NCBI GenBank assembly: GCA_036001065.1
Contig: DASYUQ010000115.1
Location: 1,297 to 65,296 of the forward strand
Source of the DNA: Candidatus Methylomirabilota bacterium
GTDB lineage: Bacteria; Methylomirabilota; Methylomirabilia; Rokubacteriales; CSP1-6
DNA length: 64,000 bases
Direction: 5' to 3'
The notes under the pieces were generated by a model. It was not told the DNA's origin and made no database searches. It saw only the letters and a program-made list of their open reading frames with translations. Shown one piece after another: positions 55,977-64,000 of the stretch; position 1 is the first letter of the stretch, and each line of letters opens with the position of its first letter. Position numbers and translations under genes: made by a program.

Positions 55977-56652
55977 CGCGGAGCGCCGGGCGGTTGTCTT
56001 GCTGAGTGGTGGCCTCGATTCGACGACGGCGATGGCCGTCGCTCGCGCGGAGGGCTTCGCCTGCTACGCCCTCACCATCGACTACGGCCAGCGCCATCGC
56101 CTCGAGCTGGAGGCCGCCCGGCGAGTCGCGGCCGCCCTGGGCGCCCGCGATCACGCGACGCTGGCGATCGATCTCCGGAGCTTCGGAGGCTCCGCGCTGA
56201 CGGCGGATCTGCCGCTCCCCACCCGGCGCGATCCGCGCGAGATGACCGACATTCCGGTGACGTACGTCCCCGCTCGGAACACGGTCTTCCTCTCGCTTGC
56301 GCTCGCGTGGGCAGAGACGCTGGGCGCGGAGAACATCGTCATCGGGGTAAATTTTTTGGATTACTCCGGCTATCCCGATTGCCGGCCCGAGTTCATCGGG
56401 GCGTTCGAGCGGATGGCGAACCTCGCCACCAAGGCCGGCGCCGAGGGCCGGAGCCACTTCCGCATCCACACGCCGCTCATCCACTTGAGCAAGGCGGACA
56501 TCGTGCGCCGCGCCGTCGAGCTCGGCGTCGATCTCGCGCTGACCTGGAGCTGCTACGACCCGTGTCAGGCACGCCCGTGCGGCGTCTGTGACGCGTGCGT
56601 CCTCCGGCGCAAAGGCTTCGCGGAGGTGGGGATCCCCGACCCCCTCGGCTAG
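55969..56652 (+). CDS. queC: 7-cyano-7-deazaguanine synthase QueC
   Basis: PP-loop SGGLDS and the C-terminal zinc motif CxxC...CxxC ([16 protein letters not shown]). Confidence 0.9.
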   Translation: MSSAERRAVVLLSGGLDSTTAMAVARAEGFACYALTIDYGQRHRLELEAARRVAAALGARDHATLAIDLRSFGGSALTADLPLPTRRDPREMTDIPVTYVPARNTVFLSLALAWAETLGAENIVIGVNFLDYSGYPDCRPEFIGAFERMANLATKAGAEGRSHFRIHTPLIHLSKADIVRRAVELGVDLALTWSCYDPCQARPCGVCDACVLRRKGFAEVGIPDPLG

Positions 56653-56675
56653 GCGCGCATCGGACTCACCACCGC

Positions 56676-56748
56676 TCGAGCGCGGGCTTCGCCCGCGCAA
56701 TCTCTTCCCGGGGGAGGCCTCGGACGGGGCCGTCGAGGCCCCCTCCGA
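56676..56748. repeat. REP/MITE-like composite repeat, copy f (orientation 2)
   Basis: TCGAGCGCGGGCTTCGCCCGCGCAATCTCTTCCCGGGGGAGGCCTCGGACGGGGCCGTCGAGGCCCCCTCC. It lies between convergent queC and the YyaL-family gene. Confidence 0.65.
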
Positions 56749-56754
56749 CGGTGG

Positions 56755-58761
56755 CTAGGCGCGCTCGAGCTGGCGCGTCAGCGTCGCGGGGTCGGTGGCG
56801 GGAAGATCACAGGCGTAGTCGCGGCAGACGAAGGCGGTAGGCCTGCCATCGACGGCGGTTCTGCCCTCCAGCAGCGGGATCCCCGCGGCCGCCTTGACGT
56901 CGCCGTCGGTCATGGCGACGACTATGCGGTTGGGCAGATAGCGGCCGAAGACTTCGGCCAGCAGCGGCGCCAGGCCGTCGCCGGGTGGGGCGATCAGCGC
57001 GACCTCGACGACGGGGCCCAGGCCGAAGTCGTGGGCGCAGAGGAAGCGCCCGAAGCCGGCCGGATGGCGCGACATCAGGTCGGCCATCGGCCGGAGCGCG
57101 GCCAGGGCCTTCGAGCCGTACCGCGCCTGGCCGGTGAAGACCCGCAGGCGCAGCAGGGTCTCGACGGCGACGGAGCTGCCGCAGGGGACGGCGTTGTCGA
57201 AGAGGTTGCGCGGGCGGACGACCAGCCGCTCGTGGTCGCGGCCGGTATCGTAGAACCCTTCCAGGCGATCGTCCCAGAACAGCTCCAGCATGTCGTCGGC
57301 GAGGCCCCGCGCCTCCTCCAGCCAGCGGCGCTCGAAGGTCGCCTCGTACACGTCGAGGAGCGCCGCCGCCACCATCGCGTAGTCCTCGAGGTAGCCCTTG
57401 AGCTTGGCCTGCCCACCCTTCCAGGAGCGCAGGAGTCGGCCGTCGGCGCGCATGGCGGTCAGGACGAAGTCGGCGTTGCGGGCCGCGGCGGCGATGTACT
57501 GGGGGCGACCGAGCGCGCGGCCGGCCTCGGCGAAGGCCCGGCAGGCGAGTCCGTTCCAGGAGGCCAGGACCTTGTCGTCGCGACCCGGATGCACGCGGCG
57601 CTCCCGCGCCTCGAAGAGCTGGCGGCGCGCCGCGCCGATGCGCTCCGGCTCGGGCTCGCCCGGCACCCAGAGGATGTTCCGGCCCTCGAAGTTCGGGCCC
57701 CGGTCGACGCCCCAGTAGCGGAGCGCGGCGTCCGCCTCCGGGCCGAGGACCGTCCTCATCTCGTCGGCGGTCCACACGAAGAACTTCCCCTCCTCGCCCT
57801 CGGAGTCCGCGTCCTGGGCCGAGTAGAAGCCGCCGCCGGGATCCGTCATCTCCCGGAGGATGTAGTCGAGCGTCTCCTCGCAGATCCGCCGATACTCGGG
57901 GTCGCCGAACGCAAGCCAGCCGTGCAGGTAGAGCGAAGCGAGCTGGCCGTTGTCGTAGAGCATCTTCTCGAAGTGCGGCACCAGCCACTGCGCGTCCACC
58001 GCGTAGCGGTGAAAGCCGCCACCGAGCTGATCGTAGATCCCGCCGCGCGCCATCCGCGTCAGCGTCGTCCGCGCCATGGTCCGGGCCGAGGGGTTGCCGG
58101 TGCGCTTGCCGAAGCGCAGCACGAACTCCCAGATCATCGGCTGGGGGAACTTGGGCGCGCCGCCGAGTCCGCCCAGCGCTTCGTCGAACTGGGCCGAGAT
58201 CCCCTGGAACGCGGCGTACAGGATCTCGTCGGTGAGGAGCGGGGTGGCCCCGCGCAGCTGCTCGGCCCGACCGAGCTCGCTCACGACCCGCTGGGCCGAC
58301 TGGAGCACCTCCGCCCGGCGCGTCCGCCACGCCTCCGCGATCCCCTGGAGTAGTTGGGGGAACGACGGCAGCCCGTGGCGCGGCGCCGGCGGGAAGTAGG
58401 TCCCGCCGTAGAAGGGGACGCCCTCGGGCGTGAGGAAGACGGTCATGGGCCAGCCGCCGTGCCCGGTCATGGACTGCACGGCCTGCATGTAGATCTGATC
58501 GACGTCGGGGCGCTCCTCGCGGTCGACCTTGACGCAGACGAAGTTTTCGTTCATCTGCCGGGCGATCTCGGGGTCCTCGAACGACTCGCGCTCCATCACG
58601 TGACACCAGTGACAGGCCGAGTAGCCGACGGAGAGCAGGACCGGCTTGTCCTCGCCCCGCGCCCGGGCGAAGGCCTCCTCGCCCCAGGGATACCAGTCGA
58701 CGGGGTTGTGCGCGTGCTGGAGAAGATATGGGCTCGTTTCGCCGGCCAGGCGGTTGGCCAC
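56755..58761 (-). CDS. Thioredoxin-domain protein YyaL/SSP411 family (DUF255 + six-hairpin glycosidase-like domain)
   Basis: N-terminal [22 protein letters not shown] and the CHWCHVM thioredoxin-like motif. 668 aa. Confidence 0.8.
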   Translation of the reverse strand: MANRLAGETSPYLLQHAHNPVDWYPWGEEAFARARGEDKPVLLSVGYSACHWCHVMERESFEDPEIARQMNENFVCVKVDREERPDVDQIYMQAVQSMTGHGGWPMTVFLTPEGVPFYGGTYFPPAPRHGLPSFPQLLQGIAEAWRTRRAEVLQSAQRVVSELGRAEQLRGATPLLTDEILYAAFQGISAQFDEALGGLGGAPKFPQPMIWEFVLRFGKRTGNPSARTMARTTLTRMARGGIYDQLGGGFHRYAVDAQWLVPHFEKMLYDNGQLASLYLHGWLAFGDPEYRRICEETLDYILREMTDPGGGFYSAQDADSEGEEGKFFVWTADEMRTVLGPEADAALRYWGVDRGPNFEGRNILWVPGEPEPERIGAARRQLFEARERRVHPGRDDKVLASWNGLACRAFAEAGRALGRPQYIAAAARNADFVLTAMRADGRLLRSWKGGQAKLKGYLEDYAMVAAALLDVYEATFERRWLEEARGLADDMLELFWDDRLEGFYDTGRDHERLVVRPRNLFDNAVPCGSSVAVETLLRLRVFTGQARYGSKALAALRPMADLMSRHPAGFGRFLCAHDFGLGPVVEVALIAPPGDGLAPLLAEVFGRYLPNRIVVAMTDGDVKAAAGIPLLEGRTAVDGRPTAFVCRDYACDLPATDPATLTRQLERA

Positions 58762-58774
58762 ACTGACCTCCAGG

Positions 58775-59845
58775 TTACCGCGTGAAGGGGAGCGCCGAGA
58801 CCGTGGCCGGCGTCGTTCGATCGGCCGACCGGACGGCGACCGGGGTGCCCGGCTCGGCGTGCTGCCGCCGCAGGAAGCCGAGCGCGATAGGACGCTTGAG
58901 CCCGAAGGACCAGGTGGCGCTCGTCACCCGTCCGATCTCACTCTCGCCGGCGAGGACGGCGGCGCCGGGCGACGGCACCGTCTCGCCGTCGAGGAGGAGG
59001 CCGCGCAGGTGGCGATTGACGTGACCCCGATCGCGGATGCGGACGACGACCTCCTGGCCGATATAGCAGCCCTTCGTGTAGGACACGAGGTTCGCCGAGG
59101 GAATTTCCGGGAGCAGCACCGACGGGTCCACGTCGTGGCCGTAGAGCGGCGTGCCGGCCTCGAGGCGCAGCGACTCGCGGGCGACGAGCCCGACCGGCCG
59201 CGGCCCCGCGCCGACGAGCGCCTGCCATACGCGCGCCCCCTCGCCCGCCGACACCACGACCCAGACCTCCGGCTCGCCGGTCTCAGCGCCGCCGCGGACC
59301 AGGCGGACATCGATCCCCTCGAGCCTCGCCGTCACGTGCGACCACGCCTCAGGGGGGACGGAGGCGCCGGTCAGGCGCCGAGCCACGGCCGGAGCGTCGG
59401 GACCGGCCAGCATCAGCAGCGACAGCTCCCCCGTCGCATCTCGGAAGGAGGCCTTCTCGGAGAAGAGGTACTTGTCCAGGTCCTGCATCGCCTTGTCCGC
59501 CGCCGCCGGCGGGGTGACCAGGAGGATCCGGTCGTCCAGGAGCCAGACGAAGAGCACGACCTGCACCTTGCCGTGCACGTCCAGGAAGGTCGCCGCGCAT
59601 CCGCGCCCGGCGCTCAGCGACTTGATGTCGTTGCTGAGCATCGCGTGCAGGAACGCGGCGCGGTCGCGCCCCCTGACCTCCAGGACGCCGGCGGCGCTGC
59701 GGTCGATGAGCCCTACCCTCTGGCGGACCGCCGCGTACTCGGCCGCGGCGTCGCCGTAGTGCAGCGGCAGCTCGGCACCGCCGGGCGCGGCGAACGTGGC
59801 CCCGGCAGAAGCGTGGAGATCGTGAAGCGGAAGGCGGCTCACCAC
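58775..59845 (-). CDS. Folate-binding YgfZ/GcvT-like aminomethyltransferase-family protein
   Basis: KGCYIGQE signature and the GcvT fold. Confidence 0.7.
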   Translation of the reverse strand: MVSRLPLHDLHASAGATFAAPGGAELPLHYGDAAAEYAAVRQRVGLIDRSAAGVLEVRGRDRAAFLHAMLSNDIKSLSAGRGCAATFLDVHGKVQVVLFVWLLDDRILLVTPPAAADKAMQDLDKYLFSEKASFRDATGELSLLMLAGPDAPAVARRLTGASVPPEAWSHVTARLEGIDVRLVRGGAETGEPEVWVVVSAGEGARVWQALVGAGPRPVGLVARESLRLEAGTPLYGHDVDPSVLLPEIPSANLVSYTKGCYIGQEVVVRIRDRGHVNRHLRGLLLDGETVPSPGAAVLAGESEIGRVTSATWSFGLKRPIALGFLRRQHAEPGTPVAVRSADRTTPATVSALPFTR

Positions 59846-59955
59846 ACGCGTATTGTACTCTTCCGGGCGATTTCACCGCTCGCGTCGCGGCGCTCGGGCC
59901 TGCGGCAGCTCGGCCGCCGCTCCGCTCGCACTGCGCCCGTGCTAGACTGCGCGCC

Positions 59956-60636
59956 GTGCTGACGCCGGACGACCGCACGCGACGCAGCTTCCAGCGGCGT
60001 CTGCTCGCGTGGTACGCGAAGCACGGCCGCGATCTTCCCTGGCGCCGCACGCGTGACCCGTACCGGGTGCTCGTCTCCGAGATCATGCTGCAGCAGACGC
60101 AGGTGGAGCGGGTGATCCCGAAGTACCACCAGTTCCTCCAGCGCTACCCCACGATCGACAGCCTCGCCGCCGCGCGGGTCGGCGAGGTGCGCCGGCTCTG
60201 GTATCCGCTCGGCTACAACATCCGCCCGGTCCGCCTGCACTGGATCGCGCGCGAGACGGTGGCCCGCTACGGCGGGCGTCTGCCCGACAGCGCGGAGCGC
60301 CTGCGCGCGCTGCCCGGCATCGGCCCTTACACGGCGGGGGCGATCCTGGCCTTCGCCCACGGGCGGGACGCGGCGGTGCTCGACACCAACGTTCGCCGCG
60401 TGTTCACGCGCGTCTTCCTGGGACCGCGCCGCGCGGGCCGGGTGCGGGGGCAAAGGGCCTTCTGGGATCTCGCCGCCGCGCTCGTCCCGCCCGGCCGCGC
60501 CTACGACTTCAACCAGGCGCTGATGGACTTCGGGGCCACCTGGTGCACCCCGCGCAGGCCCCGATGCCCGCGCTGTCCCATGAAGAGCATCTGCGCCAGC
60601 TATCCCTTCGACGGCCCGACCCATGGCCGCGCCTGA
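59956..60636 (+). CDS. mutY: HhH-GPD DNA glycosylase with [4Fe-4S] cluster loop, MutY-like catalytic domain only
   Basis: HhH motif (LPGIGPYTAGAIL), catalytic Asp (VLDTNV), and the Cx6Cx2Cx5C cluster (CTPRRPRCPRCPMKSIC). The NUDIX C-domain that MutY normally has is missing. Confidence 0.7.
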   Translation: MLTPDDRTRRSFQRRLLAWYAKHGRDLPWRRTRDPYRVLVSEIMLQQTQVERVIPKYHQFLQRYPTIDSLAAARVGEVRRLWYPLGYNIRPVRLHWIARETVARYGGRLPDSAERLRALPGIGPYTAGAILAFAHGRDAAVLDTNVRRVFTRVFLGPRRAGRVRGQRAFWDLAAALVPPGRAYDFNQALMDFGATWCTPRRPRCPRCPMKSICASYPFDGPTHGRA

Positions 60637-61030
60637 GCACCAGGACGCGATCGTCGAGGTCGCGGCGGCCCTCATTCGGGACGAGACGGGACGTTACCTC
60701 ATCACCCGTCGCGTCGCGGGCTCCCATCTGGCGGGGCTCTGGGAGTTCCCCGGCGGCAAGCGCGAGCCGGGCGAGACGCTGGAGGCGTGCCTCAGGCGGG
60801 AGCTCGTCGAGGAGCTGGGGGCCGACTTCACGGTCGGTGAGAAGGTCGAAACCGTAAGGTGGCGATATCCAGATAAAACCGTCGTCCTCCACTTCTACCG
60901 CTGCCGGCTGTGCGGAGGGCAGATCGAGCCGCGGGAGCAGCAGGTATGCGCCTGGGTCGAGCCGGCTCACCTGGCCGAATACGACTTCCCTCCGGCGGAC
61001 CGCGCGCTCGTCGAGCGGCTGCGCGCGTAG
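60623..61030 (+). CDS. NUDIX hydrolase (MutT-like 8-oxo-dGTPase / CTP pyrophosphohydrolase-like)
   Basis: Complete Nudix box GGKREPGETLEACLRRELVEELG. It overlaps the mutY-like gene by 14 nt. Confidence 0.8.
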   Translation: MAAPEHQDAIVEVAAALIRDETGRYLITRRVAGSHLAGLWEFPGGKREPGETLEACLRRELVEELGADFTVGEKVETVRWRYPDKTVVLHFYRCRLCGGQIEPREQQVCAWVEPAHLAEYDFPPADRALVERLRA

Positions 61031-61578
61031 TACCGGCGCGCCTTGGCGCGGTTGCCGCACACGGCCATGTCGCACCAACGCCGCGTGCGGTTGCGGCTGC
61101 GGTCGACGAAGAGCCGCGTGCAGCCGGGTGCCGCGCACTCCCGCACCGCGACCAGATCGCCCGAGGTCAGGAGCTCGCCCGCCGAGCGGGCCACCGGCCA
61201 CAGCGGGCGGTCGAGCGCATCGCGATCCCCCGCCCAGTCCCAGGCAAATGCCCCGCCGCGAGCGCCGAGGCGCGAGAGCGCCAGCGCGCCGGCGACGGCG
61301 GCGTTGACCGTCGCCAGATCGGCGGCGCGCGCAGGCCGCCGGTCGGCGACGGCGGAGAGCAGCCGGTAGATCGCTTCCCGCAGCGCCCGGCCGCGCCGGA
61401 GGGCGGCGGTGGCCGCCGCCGCCCGGCGCCGGGCCGCCCCGAGAAGCCTGCGCGCCTCGGCGTCGGTGAGCGCGCCGCCCCGGCGGGCCCAGGCGACGAG
61501 ATCCGCGTAGCGGCTCAGCTGGTCGCGCGGGGTGGGGCCCCGGCGGACGGTGTTGGCGAAGTCCAGGCAGAGGGCCAT
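60967..61578 (-). CDS. CGNR zinc-finger (ABATE domain) putative stress-responsive regulator
   Basis: C-terminal C..C......C.MAVCGNRAK motif. Its 3' end converges on and overlaps the NUDIX gene. Confidence 0.7.
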   Translation of the reverse strand: MALCLDFANTVRRGPTPRDQLSRYADLVAWARRGGALTDAEARRLLGAARRRAAAATAALRRGRALREAIYRLLSAVADRRPARAADLATVNAAVAGALALSRLGARGGAFAWDWAGDRDALDRPLWPVARSAGELLTSGDLVAVRECAAPGCTRLFVDRSRNRTRRWCDMAVCGNRAKARRYYARSRSTSARSAGGKSYSAR

Positions 61579-61652
61579 CGGCGGCTATCTAACCACCGAG
61601 CGGCGATTCGAGGGTTAAAAATTCGACTAACCCCCTATCCTATAAAAGTAGG

Positions 61653-62342
61653 TTAGGAGGGTCCGGCGGCCTCCTCGGAGGTCAGGACCCGCAGGAGGTC
61701 CAGCCCCAGGAGGCCCAGCGCCCCTGCCACGAGCGCCAGCCCCAGCGCGAAGGCCGCTCGCCCGAGTCCCACCGACCACTCCACGAGGCCCATCCGGGTC
61801 AGCAGATAGTTCCAATCGTGGATGACCCCGGGGCCGCCGTGCAGCGGGAGGCTCATGGCCCGGCCGTCCGCGACGTAGATCGCCACCTGCGTCACGCTCT
61901 CCCCCGCCCAGAAGAGTGCCGCGGCCGCGGCGGCGGGCTGCCGGTGTCGCCAGAAATGGATCGCGCAGGCGATCGGGATGGCCACCTGGGTCAGGGATCC
62001 GCCGAGCGCGTGGATGAACTGGCCCAGGAACAGGAAGAGGATGTGGCCGCCCTCGTGGAAGACGAAGTTCGCGCCGTCCAGGATGGCCAGGAGAAAGCCC
62101 GGGGCCGCGGAGGTGATCCCGCGCGCGGCGACCTGCCAGCCGAGGACGAGCATGATGACGAGCCCCAGCCCCCGGGCGGACACGGCCGTCCAGGGGCGCA
62201 CGGGAGGGACGGTCACACCGGGCGGGGTGGCAGCCCGGCGCTGAGCGCCCGCTGGACCATCCGGACGAGCGACACGATGTCGAAGACGGGCCGGGCGGTC
62301 TCCCGCTGGATGTCGGCGGCGTAGGGAGGCATGTTGGTGCAC
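61653..62342 (-). CDS. Hypothetical polytopic membrane protein with conserved His residues
   Basis: Hydrophobic helices (LGLVIMLVLGW...FVFHEGGHILFLFLGQFIHALGG). The start is uncertain. Confidence 0.35.
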   Translation of the reverse strand: MHQHASLRRRHPAGDRPARLRHRVARPDGPAGAQRRAATPPGVTVPPVRPWTAVSARGLGLVIMLVLGWQVAARGITSAAPGFLLAILDGANFVFHEGGHILFLFLGQFIHALGGSLTQVAIPIACAIHFWRHRQPAAAAAALFWAGESVTQVAIYVADGRAMSLPLHGGPGVIHDWNYLLTRMGLVEWSVGLGRAAFALGLALVAGALGLLGLDLLRVLTSEEAAGPS

Positions 62343-62950
62343 TCGAGGACGATGGCGCCGACCTCGGGATGCTCGGCGACGAGGCGTCGCGCGACCCGGA
62401 CGTGCTCCTCCCGCGCGGCGTCCACGTCCAGCTCCAGCTCGTCGTCGAGGAGCACGCGGGTAAACTCCTTCCCCGTCTCCAGGCCCGCCACCACGCTCGG
62501 AATGTCGCGGGTGATCCCGGCACCGTCGAGGTGCTCCGGCGTGAGGGTGGCGGCGTTGACGGTCAGGATGCCCACGCTCCGGCCGGGCGCCAGCATCCGG
62601 CGCACCAGCGGAACCAGCAGAAGGCTCGACGTGAACACGGGCACCGAGACGGCGGCGGCCATCTCCCGCTGGAACTTCACGAGAAACCCGCAGTTGGTCG
62701 TGACCGCGCCGACGCCCTCGCGCTCGAGCTGCCGGGCCCCCTCGATGAACGCCGGCAGGAGCCCCTCGGCACCGCGACGGACGACGCGATCGGGGCCGGC
62801 GCCGGCGACGCGATGGTAGCGCACCGGGAAGTCGAAGGTGGCGGCGTGGCCCATGTCACCGACGATGCGGGGAAAGCGCGTGTCGAGCATGAGGATGCCG
62901 ACGGCGAAGCCGTACTGGTTGAAGCCGCCGCGGACCCGCCCGGCCGCCAT
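62213..62950 (-). CDS. Asp/Glu/hydantoin racemase superfamily protein (arylmalonate decarboxylase/maleate isomerase-like)
   Basis: Two-cysteine racemase-fold pattern (VTTNCGF ... LECTNMP). Confidence 0.65.
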   Translation of the reverse strand: MAAGRVRGGFNQYGFAVGILMLDTRFPRIVGDMGHAATFDFPVRYHRVAGAGPDRVVRRGAEGLLPAFIEGARQLEREGVGAVTTNCGFLVKFQREMAAAVSVPVFTSSLLLVPLVRRMLAPGRSVGILTVNAATLTPEHLDGAGITRDIPSVVAGLETGKEFTRVLLDDELELDVDAAREEHVRVARRLVAEHPEVGAIVLECTNMPPYAADIQRETARPVFDIVSLVRMVQRALSAGLPPRPV

Positions 62951-62994
62951 GCGCCCCCTACTCTACCGCACCGCCGAGCGAGGCGGGGGCGCGG

Positions 62995-64000
62995 CTACCG
63001 GTCCAGCTCGAGCAGGTACTCCTTGATCCGTTTGGCGTCGGGCGCTTCCGGTTTGAGCGCGAGGTACTTCTCGAACGCCGCCTTGGCGCGCTCCTTGTCC
63101 TTCTGCTGGTAGTAGAGGAAGCCGAGCTGCCGGTGGGGATCCGGCAAGCTCGGATCCAGCTCTGCCGAACGCTCGTAGCGCTCCAGCGCCTTCTGCGCCT
63201 CGGCCGCCTTGTCGGCCAGGCTCCTGGTCCGCTGGGCCTGCAGGCGGTGGAGGTCGCCGTAGTAGAGCTGGGCGACCGGGTCGCGCGGCGTGATGGCCAG
63301 CACGCGGTCGAGCTGGCGCTGGGCGAGCGCGAAACGCCCCAGCCGGATGTCCTCGTAGGCGTTTTCGCGGACGACCGTGCGCATGCGCAGGTCGAAATCC
63401 TCGGTGTTCTTGATACGGTCGGGCTCGGCGGCCGCCGGGGCGTACGTCGTCTCCAGGAGCCTTCCGGTGGTGTCGATGCGCTCCTGGAGCCTCGGGTGGC
63501 TGCCGAAGAAGAAGGTCTCGACCGGCCCGCGGTCCTTGCTTTCGCTCTGGAGCAGCTTGAAGACCTTGGGCGCCTCCTTCAGGTCGTAACCGGCGCGGAC
63601 GAGGGCGTTCATGCCTCCGTGGTCGGCCTCCCGCTCCAGGTCGCGCCCGTAACCATTGATCGCCGCGATGGTCGCCAGGGCCAGGCCGAGCCCCAGCACC
63701 GCGTTGGCCGTCTGGCTCAGCACGGCGGCGCCGACGTGGTCGCCGGCGCGCGCCTGCGATCCGGCGGCGACGGCGACGCCGATGCTGGCGGCAATGGCGC
63801 CGACCGTATAGAGGATCTGCTTGGTCTGAGCGTCGCGGGTGAACCGGAGCGCGTGACGGTCGGTGACATGGGTCATCTCGTGACCGAGAACCGTCGCCAG
63901 CTGGGCCTCGTTCTCCAGGCGGCTCAGCAGGCCGGTGTGGACGTACACGCGTCCGTTGGGCATGGCGAAGGCGTTGAGCGTGGGATCGCGGATGACGCCG
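62995..64000 (-). CDS. M48-family zinc metallopeptidase with C-terminal TPR repeats (BepA/YfgC-like); 5' end lies beyond the window
   Basis: HEMTH zinc motif (LGHEMTHV) and TPR-like C-terminus. The reading frame is open to the window end. Confidence 0.75.
   Translation of the reverse strand, partial: GVIRDPTLNAFAMPNGRVYVHTGLLSRLENEAQLATVLGHEMTHVTDRHALRFTRDAQTKQILYTVGAIAASIGVAVAAGSQARAGDHVGAAVLSQTANAVLGLGLALATIAAINGYGRDLEREADHGGMNALVRAGYDLKEAPKVFKLLQSESKDRGPVETFFFGSHPRLQERIDTTGRLLETTYAPAAAEPDRIKNTEDFDLRMRTVVRENAYEDIRLGRFALAQRQLDRVLAITPRDPVAQLYYGDLHRLQAQRTRSLADKAAEAQKALERYERSAELDPSLPDPHRQLGFLYYQQKDKERAKAAFEKYLALKPEAPDAKRIKEYLLELDR

Overview
This is a ~70 % GC bacterial chromosomal segment, densely packed on both strands with about 60 protein-coding genes and no rRNA, tRNA, CRISPR array or transposase that I could recognise. 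Most genes are housekeeping or metabolic. Identified genes include the following. A methionine and tRNA-modification block: MTA phosphorylase, a MtaB-like methylthiotransferase, RlmN, a glycerate kinase and a class I aminotransferase. A ThrC-like PLP enzyme followed by a MoaD/ThiS-type sulfur-carrier ORF and a NIL-domain ORF. PhoD, two SDRs and YihY. A family-B DNA polymerase. A moeA-tldD-rhodanese-pmbA-split-transketolase operon. A two-subunit CoA-transferase, UppP, two tandem hybrid histidine kinases and a HlyD membrane-fusion protein. A second, canonical tldD/pmbA pair. A thiS-thiG-thiE-thiO operon with a clear TPP riboswitch and leader terminator, a queD-queE-queC cluster, and a MutY-like glycosylase with a separate NUDIX gene. 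The window ends in a partial M48 peptidase gene. The most notable observations are these. (1) Two genes, a DsbA/FrnE-like oxidoreductase and a single-domain rhodanese, carry an in-frame TGA exactly at the catalytic Cys position, with intact downstream reading frames; these are strong selenoprotein candidates. A third in-frame TGA sits in CoA-transferase subunit A at a non-catalytic position. (2) A composite GC-rich hairpin repeat family of REP or MITE type is present in at least seven intergenic copies, in both orientations. (3) The ThrC-like, sulfur-carrier (GG plus one extra residue) and NIL-domain cluster sits next to methionine-salvage genes. (4) The TPP-riboswitch thi operon additionally carries an M20 amidohydrolase and a leaderless BtuF-like binding protein. 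(5) A PepT-like peptidase remnant has lost its central part. Many very long ORFs in the six-frame track are GC-driven artefacts and were not called.
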